This document shows positions 41,170 through 51,897 of a DNA stretch of 64,000 nucleotides, one piece after another. Position 1 is the first letter of the stretch. The number at the start of each line of letters is the position of its first letter. The translations under genes were made by a program, and so were the position numbers. Under the pieces are notes generated by a model, which was not told the DNA's origin, ran no database searches, and saw only the letters and a list, made by a program, of their open reading frames with translations. This DNA is from an uncultured Myxococcales bacterium. Lineage in GTDB: Bacteria; Myxococcota_A; UBA9042. The stretch is from positions 40,063 to 104,062 of the forward strand of contig CAJBNH010000072.1 in assembly GCA_903955385.1 (NCBI GenBank), written 5' to 3'.

Positions 41170-43185
41170 ATGTCCCAAGCGCCCGCTCGCCCCGCCAGCC
41201 CGAAGACGACCTTCGGCGAGCGCTGGTACGAGCTGCTGCTCGCGGGACGGCTGCTGCGGTCGCGTCGCAGCCTGCACCTGTCGCTCGTGACCACGATGTC
41301 GGTGGCCGGCATCGCCTTGGGCGTGGCGGCGCTGATCGTGGTGCTGGCCGTCAACACGGGCTTCCAGGCGGCGTTTCAGGACCGCATCCTCGCCAGCTAT
41401 CCGCACCTGGTGGTGATGCGCCGGGGCGTCGATGTGCGCGACCACCGCGAGCTGGTAGCCAAGCTGCTGCGGGTGGAAGGCGTCAGGCACGTGGCGCCGG
41501 CGACTTACGACGACATGATGCTGTCCAGCGCGGGCGGTCGGGCAGGCGCCGTGGTCCGCGGGGTGCCGGTCGAGACGCTGGCGGGGCTGCCCGAGGGCGC
41601 GATCGTCGCGGGCGTTTTGGACAAGCGCGGCGAGGCTCCAGTGCTGCGATCCGATGCGCCCGGCTGGCAGGTGCTGGCGGGCGTGGCGGGCGCCAGACAC
41701 GCCGTCGTGGTGGGGCAGGGGCGTGCGGGCCAGCCGTGGTCGCAGACGGTCCCGGTGCTGCCCCAGCCGTCGGGTCTGGCGGGTCTGATGGTGCTGGACG
41801 TGCAGGGCTGCGGTGACGCGCCTGTGCCATCGCCCAACGCAGAAGCGGCCGCAGGAGTCTATCTGGCGACGCAAGGCGTCGAGGACCCGGTGCGCCGTGG
41901 TGTGCGCCAAAAGTGCACCATCGTTGCAAGTTGGGACGCTGCGCCGGGGCCGTATCTGGTGCGGTGGCTCGACGGCGGCATCCAGCGTGAGGCGCCCATC
42001 GAGCTGCGCAACGGACGCACCTCAGTCGCGGTGCTCGTGGGCGGCGAGCTGCGGGTGATTCCTCCCCCGCCGGACGATCTGGCGCCGACGCTTGCGGGTG
42101 TGGCGTGGCTGGACCTGGGCGCAACCCGGTTGGCCTTGCGCGTGCCCGAACAGCCGCCGTTCGCGCCCACCTCGACCGCCGAGTGGCACAGCTTTCCGGC
42201 CGAGCTGCCGCCGATCACGTTGGGAGAGGGCCTGGCCCAGCGTCTGCAGGTCAAGCCGGGCGACGAGGTGCGGGCGGTGTCACCGATGCGTGGGCTGGAC
42301 CGCGGTGCCGACGATGCGGCGGGCAGCGCGTCGGGTCGGTTCAGGGTCGCGGCGATTGTGAGAACGGGCTTTCACGATCACGATCAGCGCATGGCGTTGG
42401 TCGATTTCACCGCCGCCCAACGCTTCCTGGGTCGCGGCGACATCGCTCGTTGGCTGGAGGTTCGCGTCGATGATCCGATCCTCGCGGCAGCCCGCTCCGA
42501 GTCCTTCCGGGCCGCTCTGGAACCCACGGCCATGGCGGAAGTGCTCAAGGGAGCCCAAACCTTGCGCGACAAGTTCGTGACGCTTCAGGACTCAGGGCCG
42601 ATTCCGGGACTCGAGCTGCGTGCGCCCAACGACGCCATCGCCTCGGTCGACAACTGGGTGTCGGGCGTGCGCGCGGCGCGACAGACCCGGGTGCGGACGG
42701 CCGGGGCGTTTCGCGTGATCGACTGGGAGGAGATGAACCGCAACATCTTCGATGCCGCCCGGATGCAGAAGATCGCCATGTCGCTGTTTCCCTTCATCAT
42801 CGTGCTGGTGGCGGCACTGAACGTGGTCGGTACGCAGGCCGTCGTGGTGCACGAGCGGGCGCGCGATATCGCCATCCTGCGGGCGATGGGCTCGAGTCGG
42901 CGGTCAGTTGCGTCGATCTTCCTGATGCAGGGGCTGGCCGTCGGCGTGGTCGGCACGCTGCTGGGACTGCTGGTCGGCGGCGTGGCCTGCTTCCTGCTCG
43001 ATGCCGTGGGATACCCTTTGGATCCGCAGGTCTATCTGATCTCGCGGCTGCCCGTGCTGGTCGAGGCGTCGTCGTTCTTCCTGGCCGGTGGAGCCGCGAT
43101 CGTCCTTGCGTTTGCCGCCGCTTGGTTCGCCGCCCAACGTGCCGCCTCTCGCGCTCCGGTCGAGGCCCTGCGGCGCCTCGACTGA
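41170..43185 (+). CDS. LolC/E-like (MacB/FtsX) ABC permease with large periplasmic insertions
   Basis: SVAGIALGVAALIVVLAVNTGFQ, LGEGLA.RL.V..GD.V, G...+DQ......AQRF, DW.EMN.N+F.A, +.+AA.N+, ER..DIAILRAMG, VYLIS.LPV. Confidence 0.8.
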   Translation: MSQAPARPASPKTTFGERWYELLLAGRLLRSRRSLHLSLVTTMSVAGIALGVAALIVVLAVNTGFQAAFQDRILASYPHLVVMRRGVDVRDHRELVAKLLRVEGVRHVAPATYDDMMLSSAGGRAGAVVRGVPVETLAGLPEGAIVAGVLDKRGEAPVLRSDAPGWQVLAGVAGARHAVVVGQGRAGQPWSQTVPVLPQPSGLAGLMVLDVQGCGDAPVPSPNAEAAAGVYLATQGVEDPVRRGVRQKCTIVASWDAAPGPYLVRWLDGGIQREAPIELRNGRTSVAVLVGGELRVIPPPPDDLAPTLAGVAWLDLGATRLALRVPEQPPFAPTSTAEWHSFPAELPPITLGEGLAQRLQVKPGDEVRAVSPMRGLDRGADDAAGSASGRFRVAAIVRTGFHDHDQRMALVDFTAAQRFLGRGDIARWLEVRVDDPILAAARSESFRAALEPTAMAEVLKGAQTLRDKFVTLQDSGPIPGLELRAPNDAIASVDNWVSGVRAARQTRVRTAGAFRVIDWEEMNRNIFDAARMQKIAMSLFPFIIVLVAALNVVGTQAVVVHERARDIAILRAMGSSRRSVASIFLMQGLAVGVVGTLLGLLVGGVACFLLDAVGYPLDPQVYLISRLPVLVEASSFFLAGGAAIVLAFAAAWFAAQRAASRAPVEALRRLD

Positions 43186-43308
43186 CCCCGGAATCGGCGT
43201 TGCACCTTGCGTCGGGCGGCCCGGTGCTGCTATGACCGCGCCGCTTGCGGTCGGGCCGCGGGCGAAGGTCATTTCGGCGGATTCCAGCAGTTTCAAGAGG
43301 TTGAGCGC

Positions 43309-43815
43309 GTGGTGCAAACGGTCGGCGAGCGCTTGCGGCAGCGACGGGAGGCCAAGGGGCTCAGCCTCGAAGCCGTCACGCGCGCCACGAGGCTGACCCG
43401 CACGGTGCTGAGCGCGCTGGAAGAAGACCGCTACGAGGACATCGCCGCGCCGGTCTACGTCCGCGGTTTTCTTCGCATCTACGCCCAGTTCCTCGAGGTC
43501 GACGCCGATCAGGTCCTGCAGGCCTGGGACCAGCAGACGACCGTTCGCGATGAGGCACTGGCGACCCCCGCAGCCCCCGCCGCAGCTTTGCCCGAGTACT
43601 TCAAGTCCTCCACTCGCCCCAGCCGGTCGCTGACTCCTGCGCAGCTGTTCCTGCTGGTCGCCACGGCTGCGATCGTGGTGGTGTTCATGTGGTCGGTGAA
43701 CCGCAAGCGCCCGGTGCAGATCGCCGCGCGCCCCGAGGTCCAGACCGCCCCCGCCACCGCCACCGGTCCCGCCGCCCCGACCTCGCCCCTGCAGAGGGGC
43801 GAAGCCCGCCGCTAA
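43309..43815 (+). CDS. RodZ-like HTH_25 membrane protein (short)
   Basis: GERLRQ.RE.KGLSLE.V...TR+....L.ALEE, VYVRGFLR.YA.FL, followed by one TM helix. Start codon uncertain. Confidence 0.8.
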   Translation: MVQTVGERLRQRREAKGLSLEAVTRATRLTRTVLSALEEDRYEDIAAPVYVRGFLRIYAQFLEVDADQVLQAWDQQTTVRDEALATPAAPAAALPEYFKSSTRPSRSLTPAQLFLLVATAAIVVVFMWSVNRKRPVQIAARPEVQTAPATATGPAAPTSPLQRGEARR

Positions 43816-43818
43816 CCC

Positions 43819-44589
43819 ATGGCCGCCACTCGTGAACTGGGACCGTGCCTGGTTGCGCGGCTGACACCGTTTCGCGACGCGGACCTGATCCTCTCGCTGC
43901 TGAGCGCGGCCCATGGCCGGGTGGATGCTATCGCGAGAGGCGCCCGCTCTAGCCGCCGACGGTTTGGCGGGGCCATGCGCCTGTTTTGCGAGGTGAATGC
44001 CGCGGTGCAGGGTGGCCGCGGCAGCCTGCCCGTGCTGTCCCAGGCCGACGTCCAGCGGGTTTGGCTGCAGGACGAGGTCGGCTACGATCAACTCTGTTTT
44101 GCCTCGTATCTCACAGAGTTGGCGCTGGTTGCCAGCCAGCCCGACCACGCGGACGCCGACCTGTACGATTGGCTGAGTGGCTGGTTGACGATCACGCAGC
44201 TGGGCGTGTCCGGCCACGTGCGGTCGCTGCGTCTGGCGGCCGAGGTCACTTTCCTGCACGTGATGGGCCTGTTTCCCGACGTGCGTTCCTGTCACTCGTG
44301 TGGCCGCGAGACGTCGGCCGGCGCCGCGTGGCCCGATCCGACCGAAGGCCTGCTGTGTGGCGACTGTGCCGGGGACGCCGGACCCGTGATCGCGCCCGAC
44401 ATGCTGCTGGCATTGGCCGTGCTGATCTCGCAGCCAGAGCCCGCGATCGAGCTTGCCCGCTCGCTGCCCGTCCAAACCTTGCGCCCCGTCGAAGACCGCG
44501 TGGCGCGACTGCTGGCCCGGGTGCTGCCGTCTACGCTGCGGTCGTCGGAAGCCCTGCGAACCGCGGTGCGAGACGACCTGCCCGTCTAG
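43819..44589 (+). CDS. recO: DNA repair protein RecO
   Basis: F.+.D.I+.LLS..HGR+.AIARGAR.S.RRFGG, Zn-type C..C and LLC..C motifs. Confidence 0.88.
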   Translation: MAATRELGPCLVARLTPFRDADLILSLLSAAHGRVDAIARGARSSRRRFGGAMRLFCEVNAAVQGGRGSLPVLSQADVQRVWLQDEVGYDQLCFASYLTELALVASQPDHADADLYDWLSGWLTITQLGVSGHVRSLRLAAEVTFLHVMGLFPDVRSCHSCGRETSAGAAWPDPTEGLLCGDCAGDAGPVIAPDMLLALAVLISQPEPAIELARSLPVQTLRPVEDRVARLLARVLPSTLRSSEALRTAVRDDLPV

Positions 44590-44649
44590 CACGCCCCCGC
44601 ACCACCGCGAAAACCCGGCACATCCAACCGATTCTTCGGCGGTTTCTCC

Positions 44650-44678
44650 TTGTCATCGAACGGTTGCGATCTTACACT
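44650..44678 (+). promoter_or_regulatory. Sigma70-like promoter of the rpsB-tsf operon
   Basis: TTGTCA-N17-TACACT, about 180 nt upstream of the rpsB ATG, leaving a long leader as is typical for autoregulated rpsB. Confidence 0.6.
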
Positions 44679-44859
44679 ACCGCCCCTCGGATGCCCGACC
44701 CTTGCGGTCGGTGAGGCGGCCTGGCCGCGCAACCGCTCGAAAAGAAAAGAGCATCCAAGTCAATGCACGCCCCGCGCGGCCTAAGTCAGGTCGTGTCTCT
44801 CCGTGTCGCCTTCGGGCGATGCAAGACCGGGGCGGAGGTCCAACGGAGGCAACAAGATT

Positions 44860-45702
44860 ATGGAACCGACTACCGTTCGTCAGATGCTCGAGGCCGGCGC
44901 TCACTACGGCCACCAGACGCGGCGCTGGAACCCGAAGATGAAGCCGTACATCTACGGCGCCCGGAATGGCATCTACATCATCAACTTGGGCAAGACCGCC
45001 AAGCTGCTGCGCGACGCCCAGAACTTCCTCTCCCGCATCACCGCCCGCGGCGAGCAGGTGCTCTTCGTCGCCACGAAGCGCCAGGCCCGCGACATCGTGA
45101 AGGAAGAGGCCGGTCGCGCGAAGATGCCCGTCATCGCCCACCGCTGGCTCGGCGGCACGCTGACCAACTTCCGCACCGTGAAGACCTCGATCGAGAAGAT
45201 GAACGAAATCGAGCGCATGCTCGCGCCTGAGATGGCCGTCCGTCTGCCCAAGAAGGAGCAGAGCTCGTTGGCCAAGCAGCACGCCAAGCTCGTGCGCAAC
45301 TTGGGCGGTCTGCGCAACATGCCCGGCATGCCCGGCGCCCTGTTCGTCGTCGACCCCAGCGAGGAGCACATCGCCATCGCCGAGGCCCGCCGTCTGAAGA
45401 TCCCGGTCGTCGCCCTGATCGACACCAACGCCAATCCCGATCTGGTCGACTACGTGATCCCTGCGAACGACGATGCCATGCGGTCCATCCGTCTGTTCGT
45501 CCAGGCCGCTGCCGACGCGTGCATCCTGGGCGCGTCGCTCAGCCGCGATCAGTTCAGCCGCGGCGAGTTCGACGGCGGTGCCGCTCCCGCGACGCCGGGC
45601 AGCGAGAACGTCGAGGTCATCCGCAAGCCACGCCACGTCGAGGCTGCTGTCATCGAGGCTGCGACCGTTGAGGACGATGCCGCGGACGAGGAAGCCGAGT
45701 AA
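44860..45702 (+). CDS. rpsB: 30S ribosomal protein S2
   Basis: MLEAGAHYGHQTRRWNPKM.PYI, LFV.TK.QA, RWLGG.LTN, EARRL.IPV+A+.DTN, ANDDA.RSI. Confidence 0.97.
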   Translation: MEPTTVRQMLEAGAHYGHQTRRWNPKMKPYIYGARNGIYIINLGKTAKLLRDAQNFLSRITARGEQVLFVATKRQARDIVKEEAGRAKMPVIAHRWLGGTLTNFRTVKTSIEKMNEIERMLAPEMAVRLPKKEQSSLAKQHAKLVRNLGGLRNMPGMPGALFVVDPSEEHIAIAEARRLKIPVVALIDTNANPDLVDYVIPANDDAMRSIRLFVQAAADACILGASLSRDQFSRGEFDGGAAPATPGSENVEVIRKPRHVEAAVIEAATVEDDAADEEAE

Positions 45703-45794
45703 CTCTCGCGCCCTGCATCGAAAGACCTCTCCCTATTTCGTCCTATTCCCCCATGCAGCGATTCGGCATTGACCGTGTCGCGAAGGTGAACCTC

Positions 45795-47310
<1,516 letters not shown>

Positions 47311-47326
47311 TTCCCCCGGAGGAGCC

Positions 47327-47875
47327 ATGGAAGAGGAGATCCTCGTCGAACTGGACGACCGTCTGCACAAGTCCATCGAAGCCTTCCACCGCGAGACCAC
47401 GCGCCTGCGCACCGGTCGCGCCCACGCAGGCCTGCTGGAAGGGGTCAAGGTCGATTACTACGGCACGACCTCGCCGCTGACTCAGGTGGCCAACATCTCG
47501 GTCATCGACGCGCGTCTGATCAGCGTCAAGCCGTGGGACCGCAACATGGCGGGCCCGATCGAGAAGGCGATCCTGGCAAGCGACGTTGGTCTGACGCCCA
47601 GCAACCGCGGCGATGTGGTGCTGGTCCCCGTGCCGTCGCCGACTGGTGAGCGCCGCCGCGAGATGGTCAAGGTGCTCAAGCGCTTGGTCGAGGAGTGCAA
47701 GGTCTCGATCCGCGCCGCCCGTCGCGACGCCAACGAGATGCTCGAGCTCGTCGAGAACATGCCTGAGGACGACAGCTTGCGCGCCAAGAAGAAGATTCAG
47801 GACAAGATCGACGCGGCCGGCAAGAAGATCGACTCGCTGTCCATCGAGAAGGAAGCGGAGATCCTCGAGGTCTAG
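47327..47875 (+). CDS. frr: Ribosome recycling factor
   Basis: LRTGRA...LL..+.VDYYG...PL.QVA.IS, I.PWD, LGL.P, T.ERR.E+VK, +R..RRDAN. Confidence 0.95.
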   Translation: MEEEILVELDDRLHKSIEAFHRETTRLRTGRAHAGLLEGVKVDYYGTTSPLTQVANISVIDARLISVKPWDRNMAGPIEKAILASDVGLTPSNRGDVVLVPVPSPTGERRREMVKVLKRLVEECKVSIRAARRDANEMLELVENMPEDDSLRAKKKIQDKIDAAGKKIDSLSIEKEAEILEV

Positions 47876-47890
47876 AACCGCTTGTTCTGA

Positions 47891-48610
47891 TTAGGCTGTC
47901 CGCCCTTCCTGCCGCACCGATTGCACCCAAGTTCGCAGGAAGGCCTCGTCAGTCTCGCCGCAGGCCCGCTCGTGCGCCGGTCCGAACCGGTGGCCGTTGC
48001 GCATCGCCTGACACAGCGCGCTGAGCTTGCGGTTGCCGAACCGCTCCATCCAAGTCTGAAAAGCCAACGCAGCGGCCGTGTAACAGGCGTCCGGGTCGTC
48101 GGTCATCTGCCTGTCGGTGGCGGTGGGCAGCGTGTCCAGGGCGGGATGGTCCGCCAGCAAACGGCGCAGTGCCGGCCGAGGAGCGCCACTTGCGGCGACA
48201 GTGGCCATCCCCTCGCGAAACCACGTCGGCAGATACGCGGCGGTCGTTGCATCCTCAGGGGCGCAGCGCTGAAACATCAGGACGTGGGCGAGCTCGTGCA
48301 GCACCACCTGCTCAAAGGCGTGGCTGGCCGGGGGCAGGCTCCAGGCCTGCGGGGCCAACAGCAGCAGCCCGTCCAACGACGCAATCGCGTGCAGCTGCAA
48401 GTCGGTAGGACAGGCAGCGGCAGCTCGCAACTCCGCTTGACTATGGACAGTTGCCACCCGCACCGGCCGACGAAAGTGGCCCCACTGCGACAGCACGCGC
48501 GCCATGCCGTCCAGCTCGCGATCCAACAGAGACCGGACGAACGGGTCTAGCGGCTCGATGAGCTCAACCACCAGACCCGCTGCCGCCGCCGAACCGTCCA
48601 TGCGGGTCAT
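47891..48610 (-). CDS. Peptidase MA-like (gluzincin-type) protein
   Basis: VVLHELAHV followed by PTWFREGMA. Start MTRMDG at 48610 (or 48601) assumed. Confidence 0.6.
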   Translation of the reverse strand: MTRMDGSAAAAGLVVELIEPLDPFVRSLLDRELDGMARVLSQWGHFRRPVRVATVHSQAELRAAAACPTDLQLHAIASLDGLLLLAPQAWSLPPASHAFEQVVLHELAHVLMFQRCAPEDATTAAYLPTWFREGMATVAASGAPRPALRRLLADHPALDTLPTATDRQMTDDPDACYTAAALAFQTWMERFGNRKLSALCQAMRNGHRFGPAHERACGETDEAFLRTWVQSVRQEGRTA

Positions 48611-48704
48611 GCTAACGATTTGCAGCCACCCGGCAAGAGGGGTACGGTGCGCCCGCTGCGGCCGACCCCGATGCGGGACGACGGGCGTGCGGAGGGGCGA
48701 CGGG

Positions 48705-49793
48705 ATGCAGATGGCAGCGACGTGGGGCACGGACTCGGCCGTGCATCGCAACTCCGGTGCGGCAAGGTGTCCGCGCGTGGGGTTGACGCTGGGCGACCCT
48801 GCGGGCATCGGCCCGGAGGTCGCGCTGCAGGCGCTGGTCCACACCCATGTTCACGAAAAGTCGCGTGTCTATCTGTACTTCGCGGCGGAGCTCGAGAACT
48901 GGCTGCGCACCGCGTGCGAACGCTTTGGGCTGCTGCGCCGGACGTCCAGCGGCTGTCCCGGGCTGGTGCTGGTTCCGTTGCCCAAGGACGGCCTTGCGTA
49001 TCCGGATCCCGTGGCGATGCCCGGCCGGTCGACGCCGCAGTCGCGCGAGCAGGCGTTTCGCGCGCTGGATGCGCTGGCCCAAGCCGCCATTGCTGGGCAG
49101 ATCGATGCGATGGTCACAGGGCCGGTCCCCAAGGGCATCTTCGACCACCTGCAGCCTCGGCCCCCTGGGCAGACCGAATTTCTGGCGGCACGTTTGGGGG
49201 CCGATCGGTTCGCGATGATGCTGGCGGGTCCTCGGCTGCGCGTCGTGCCTGTCACAACCCACGTGCCCTTGCGCGACGTGGCCGCCCTGATCACGGAGCA
49301 GCGCATCGTCGACTGTTCGTTGGCGGCTGCCGATGCGTTGCAGCGGTGGCTCGACATCTCGGGGCCGCGTCTGGCGGTTTGCGGCTTGAACCCCCATGCG
49401 GGAGAGGGCGGGCGCATCGGGGATGAGGAGGAGCGGGAGATTGCCCCCGCCGTCGCTCACTTGCGTCGTCTGGGCATCGACGTCGAGGGGCCCGTCGTCT
49501 CCGACACGGTCTTTCACCAGGCCATGACCGGTCGTTACGACGCCGTCATCTGCATGTACCACGATCAGGCGCTGGGGCCGTTGAAGACCGTGCACTTCCA
49601 CGACGGCTACAACCTCACCTGCGGCCTGTCCGTGCCGCGCATCTCACCCGACCACGGCACGGCCTACGACATCGCGGGCAAGGGCGTGGCCGATCCCGGC
49701 AGCATGATTCAGGCGATCGTCCGCGGAGAGCGGATGGCGGCGCTCGTCAGCGCGTCTCGAGGAGTTGCAGATGACCCGAATTCTCCTGCGTAA
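48705..49793 (+). CDS. pdxA: 4-hydroxythreonine-4-phosphate dehydrogenase
   Basis: TLGDPAGIGPE, PGQTEFLA, TTHVPL, GLNPHAGE.G..G.EE, DT.F, MYHDQ, SPDHGTA.DIAGKG.A. Confidence 0.93.
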   Translation: MQMAATWGTDSAVHRNSGAARCPRVGLTLGDPAGIGPEVALQALVHTHVHEKSRVYLYFAAELENWLRTACERFGLLRRTSSGCPGLVLVPLPKDGLAYPDPVAMPGRSTPQSREQAFRALDALAQAAIAGQIDAMVTGPVPKGIFDHLQPRPPGQTEFLAARLGADRFAMMLAGPRLRVVPVTTHVPLRDVAALITEQRIVDCSLAAADALQRWLDISGPRLAVCGLNPHAGEGGRIGDEEEREIAPAVAHLRRLGIDVEGPVVSDTVFHQAMTGRYDAVICMYHDQALGPLKTVHFHDGYNLTCGLSVPRISPDHGTAYDIAGKGVADPGSMIQAIVRGERMAALVSASRGVADDPNSPA

Positions 49794-50109
49794 TGTTCTG
49801 GTTCTGGCTGGCTGCCTGCTGGGGCTGCTGGCCGGTTGCACCAAGGACGCGCCCCCTCCGCCGCCGCAACCGACCGTGAAGGCAGTGCCCGTCGTCGCGC
49901 CTGCAGAACCGGCTCGGCCGCGGGTGCGCATGGTGGTTCCCCAGCGCCTGCTGGCAAACCCGAATGGCAACAGCCCGTTGCAGCCCTCACGACGCGTGCG
50001 ACTGCTGCGCGACATGCGGCCGCTGTTCCCCAAGGGGCTGCCGACCCGCGCACCCCTGCGGACGGCCCCGACGACGCCCGCTCCGGCTGCCGCGCCGGCT
50101 CAGCCCTGA
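49771..50109 (+). CDS. Small Pro/Arg-rich lipoprotein
   Basis: GAGGAG RBS, lipobox LAGC, overlaps the pdxA end and ends 2 nt before the ABC ATPase. Confidence 0.55.
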   Translation: MTRILLRNVLVLAGCLLGLLAGCTKDAPPPPPQPTVKAVPVVAPAEPARPRVRMVVPQRLLANPNGNSPLQPSRRVRLLRDMRPLFPKGLPTRAPLRTAPTTPAPAAAPAQP

Positions 50110-50111
50110 CC

Positions 50112-50930
50112 ATGCCTGCTGACCGCGACCCGCCCGTGCTGGAGGTCGAGGGCCTCTCGATTGCGGTGCATGGCGACCATGGCCCGGTCCCGGTCGTCCA
50201 CGATGTCGGCTTCACCGTCGGGCGCGGCCGGACGCTTGGGTTGCTGGGCGCAAGCGGCAGTGGCAAGACCTTGACTTCGTGGGCGATCCTGCGGCTGCCC
50301 GACCAGGACCAACGGGTGACGGTCCGGGTGCTGCGGTTGCAGGGGCGCGACCTGCTGACGATGTCGCAGCGTGAGCTGGACCGTGTGCGCGGGCGGGACA
50401 TCGCGCTGGTGCAGCAGGACCCAAACGCCGCTCTGAACCCGTATCTGTCCGTCGGCACCCAGCTTTGCGAGGGGTTGCGTCTGCATCGCGGTCTGTCGGC
50501 GCGTGAGGCTGAGGTCCGGGCGGTGTCCGTGCTGCACGAGCTGGGCGTGGCGGCTGCCGTTGAGCGAATGCGGTCGTATCCTCATGAATTATCAGGGGGA
50601 ACCCGACAACGAATGGCGCTGGCGATGGCGTTGCTGATGGAGCCCGCGCTGCTGTGGGCCGATGAGCCGACGACCGCGCTGGACCCGACGACGCAGGCGC
50701 AGGTGCTGGCGGCGTTGCGGGCGCGACAGCGGGCGACGGGCATGGCGATCGTGTTCGTGACGCATGACCTCGGGGTGTTGGCGCAAGTGGCCGACGATGT
50801 GGTCGTGTTGCACGAAGGGCGCGTGGTCGAGGCGGCGCCGGTCGAGCAGCTGTTTCGTGCGCCGCAGCACGCCTTCACGCGGCAGCTGCTCGCGTGCCTG
50901 CCCGACCGGACGGAGGCAAGCGATGTCTGA
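50112..50930 (+). CDS. Oligopeptide/dipeptide ABC ATP-binding subunit (OppD/DppD-like)
   Basis: GASGSGKT, QDP..ALNP, YPHELSGG.RQR, ADEPTTALD, THDLG; lacks the C-terminal Cys extension. Confidence 0.88.
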   Translation: MPADRDPPVLEVEGLSIAVHGDHGPVPVVHDVGFTVGRGRTLGLLGASGSGKTLTSWAILRLPDQDQRVTVRVLRLQGRDLLTMSQRELDRVRGRDIALVQQDPNAALNPYLSVGTQLCEGLRLHRGLSAREAEVRAVSVLHELGVAAAVERMRSYPHELSGGTRQRMALAMALLMEPALLWADEPTTALDPTTQAQVLAALRARQRATGMAIVFVTHDLGVLAQVADDVVVLHEGRVVEAAPVEQLFRAPQHAFTRQLLACLPDRTEASDV

Positions 50931-51897
50931 GGTCGTTGCCGCACCGTTGATAGAATTGCGCAACATTTCCGTATCGTTTCGAGGGGCATCGGGCGTCATC
51001 CGTGCGGTGGACGACGTCTCGCTGGTGCTCGGACGCGGCGAGACACTTGGCCTGGCGGGCGAGTCCGGCGCGGGCAAGTCCTCGATCCTCAAGGCAATGC
51101 TGCGACTGGTGGACGTGGACTCGGGTGAGGTGCGCTTCGACGGCCAGGACGTGACCCGTGCCTCGGGCCGTGTCCTGCGGCCGATTCGTCGGCGCATGCA
51201 GGCGGTGTTCCAGCAGCCCGAGACGACCCTGAACCCCCGAATGCGCGCGGGCACCTCGGTGGCCGAGCCGCTGCGGGCGCACTTTGGGGCTGCAGCGGTG
51301 ACGCAGGGACGGATCGCAGCGCTGTTCGAGCAGGTGGGCCTGCATCCCGACCTTGCCGACCGGTATCCGCACGAGCTCTCAGGCGGCGAGTGTCAGCGGG
51401 TGGCGGTGGCACGGGCGCTTGCGGTCGGGCCGGAGCTCCTGATGCTGGACGAGCCGACCTCCGGCCTTGACCTTCTGGCCCAACGGGAACTCGTTCAGTT
51501 GCTTCAGAATCTGCGGCGCGATCGGGGTCTTGCGTGGTTGTGCGTCGGCCATGATCTGACGACCCTGCGGCAGCTTTGCGACCGGGTGGCCGTGCTGCAC
51601 GCCGGACGTGTCGTCGAGATCGGCCCTGCTTCCAAGGTGTTGCAGCGCCCGCGGCATCCGTATGCCCGTGCGCTGGTGGCGAGCTTGCCTGTGCCCGACC
51701 CGACCCGCCGAACCGTCATTTCGCCGCTGGCGGGAGATCCGCCTGACCCCGGTGCTCTGCCCAAGGGCTGCGCGTTCCACCCACGGTGTCCACACGCGCA
51801 GGACCGCTGTCGCAACGACCGACCGCTGCTGGTGCCGTTGCCGGGGGACGACGCGCACCAAGTCGCGTGCCTCCGATCGCAAGAACTTGAAGGTTGA
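50923..51897 (+). CDS. Oligopeptide/dipeptide ABC ATP-binding subunit (OppF/DppF-like)
   Basis: GESGAGKS, YPHELSGGECQR, LDEPTSGLD, HPY..AL, GC.FHPRCP.A...C. Confidence 0.9.
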   Translation: MSEVVAAPLIELRNISVSFRGASGVIRAVDDVSLVLGRGETLGLAGESGAGKSSILKAMLRLVDVDSGEVRFDGQDVTRASGRVLRPIRRRMQAVFQQPETTLNPRMRAGTSVAEPLRAHFGAAAVTQGRIAALFEQVGLHPDLADRYPHELSGGECQRVAVARALAVGPELLMLDEPTSGLDLLAQRELVQLLQNLRRDRGLAWLCVGHDLTTLRQLCDRVAVLHAGRVVEIGPASKVLQRPRHPYARALVASLPVPDPTRRTVISPLAGDPPDPGALPKGCAFHPRCPHAQDRCRNDRPLLVPLPGDDAHQVACLRSQELEG

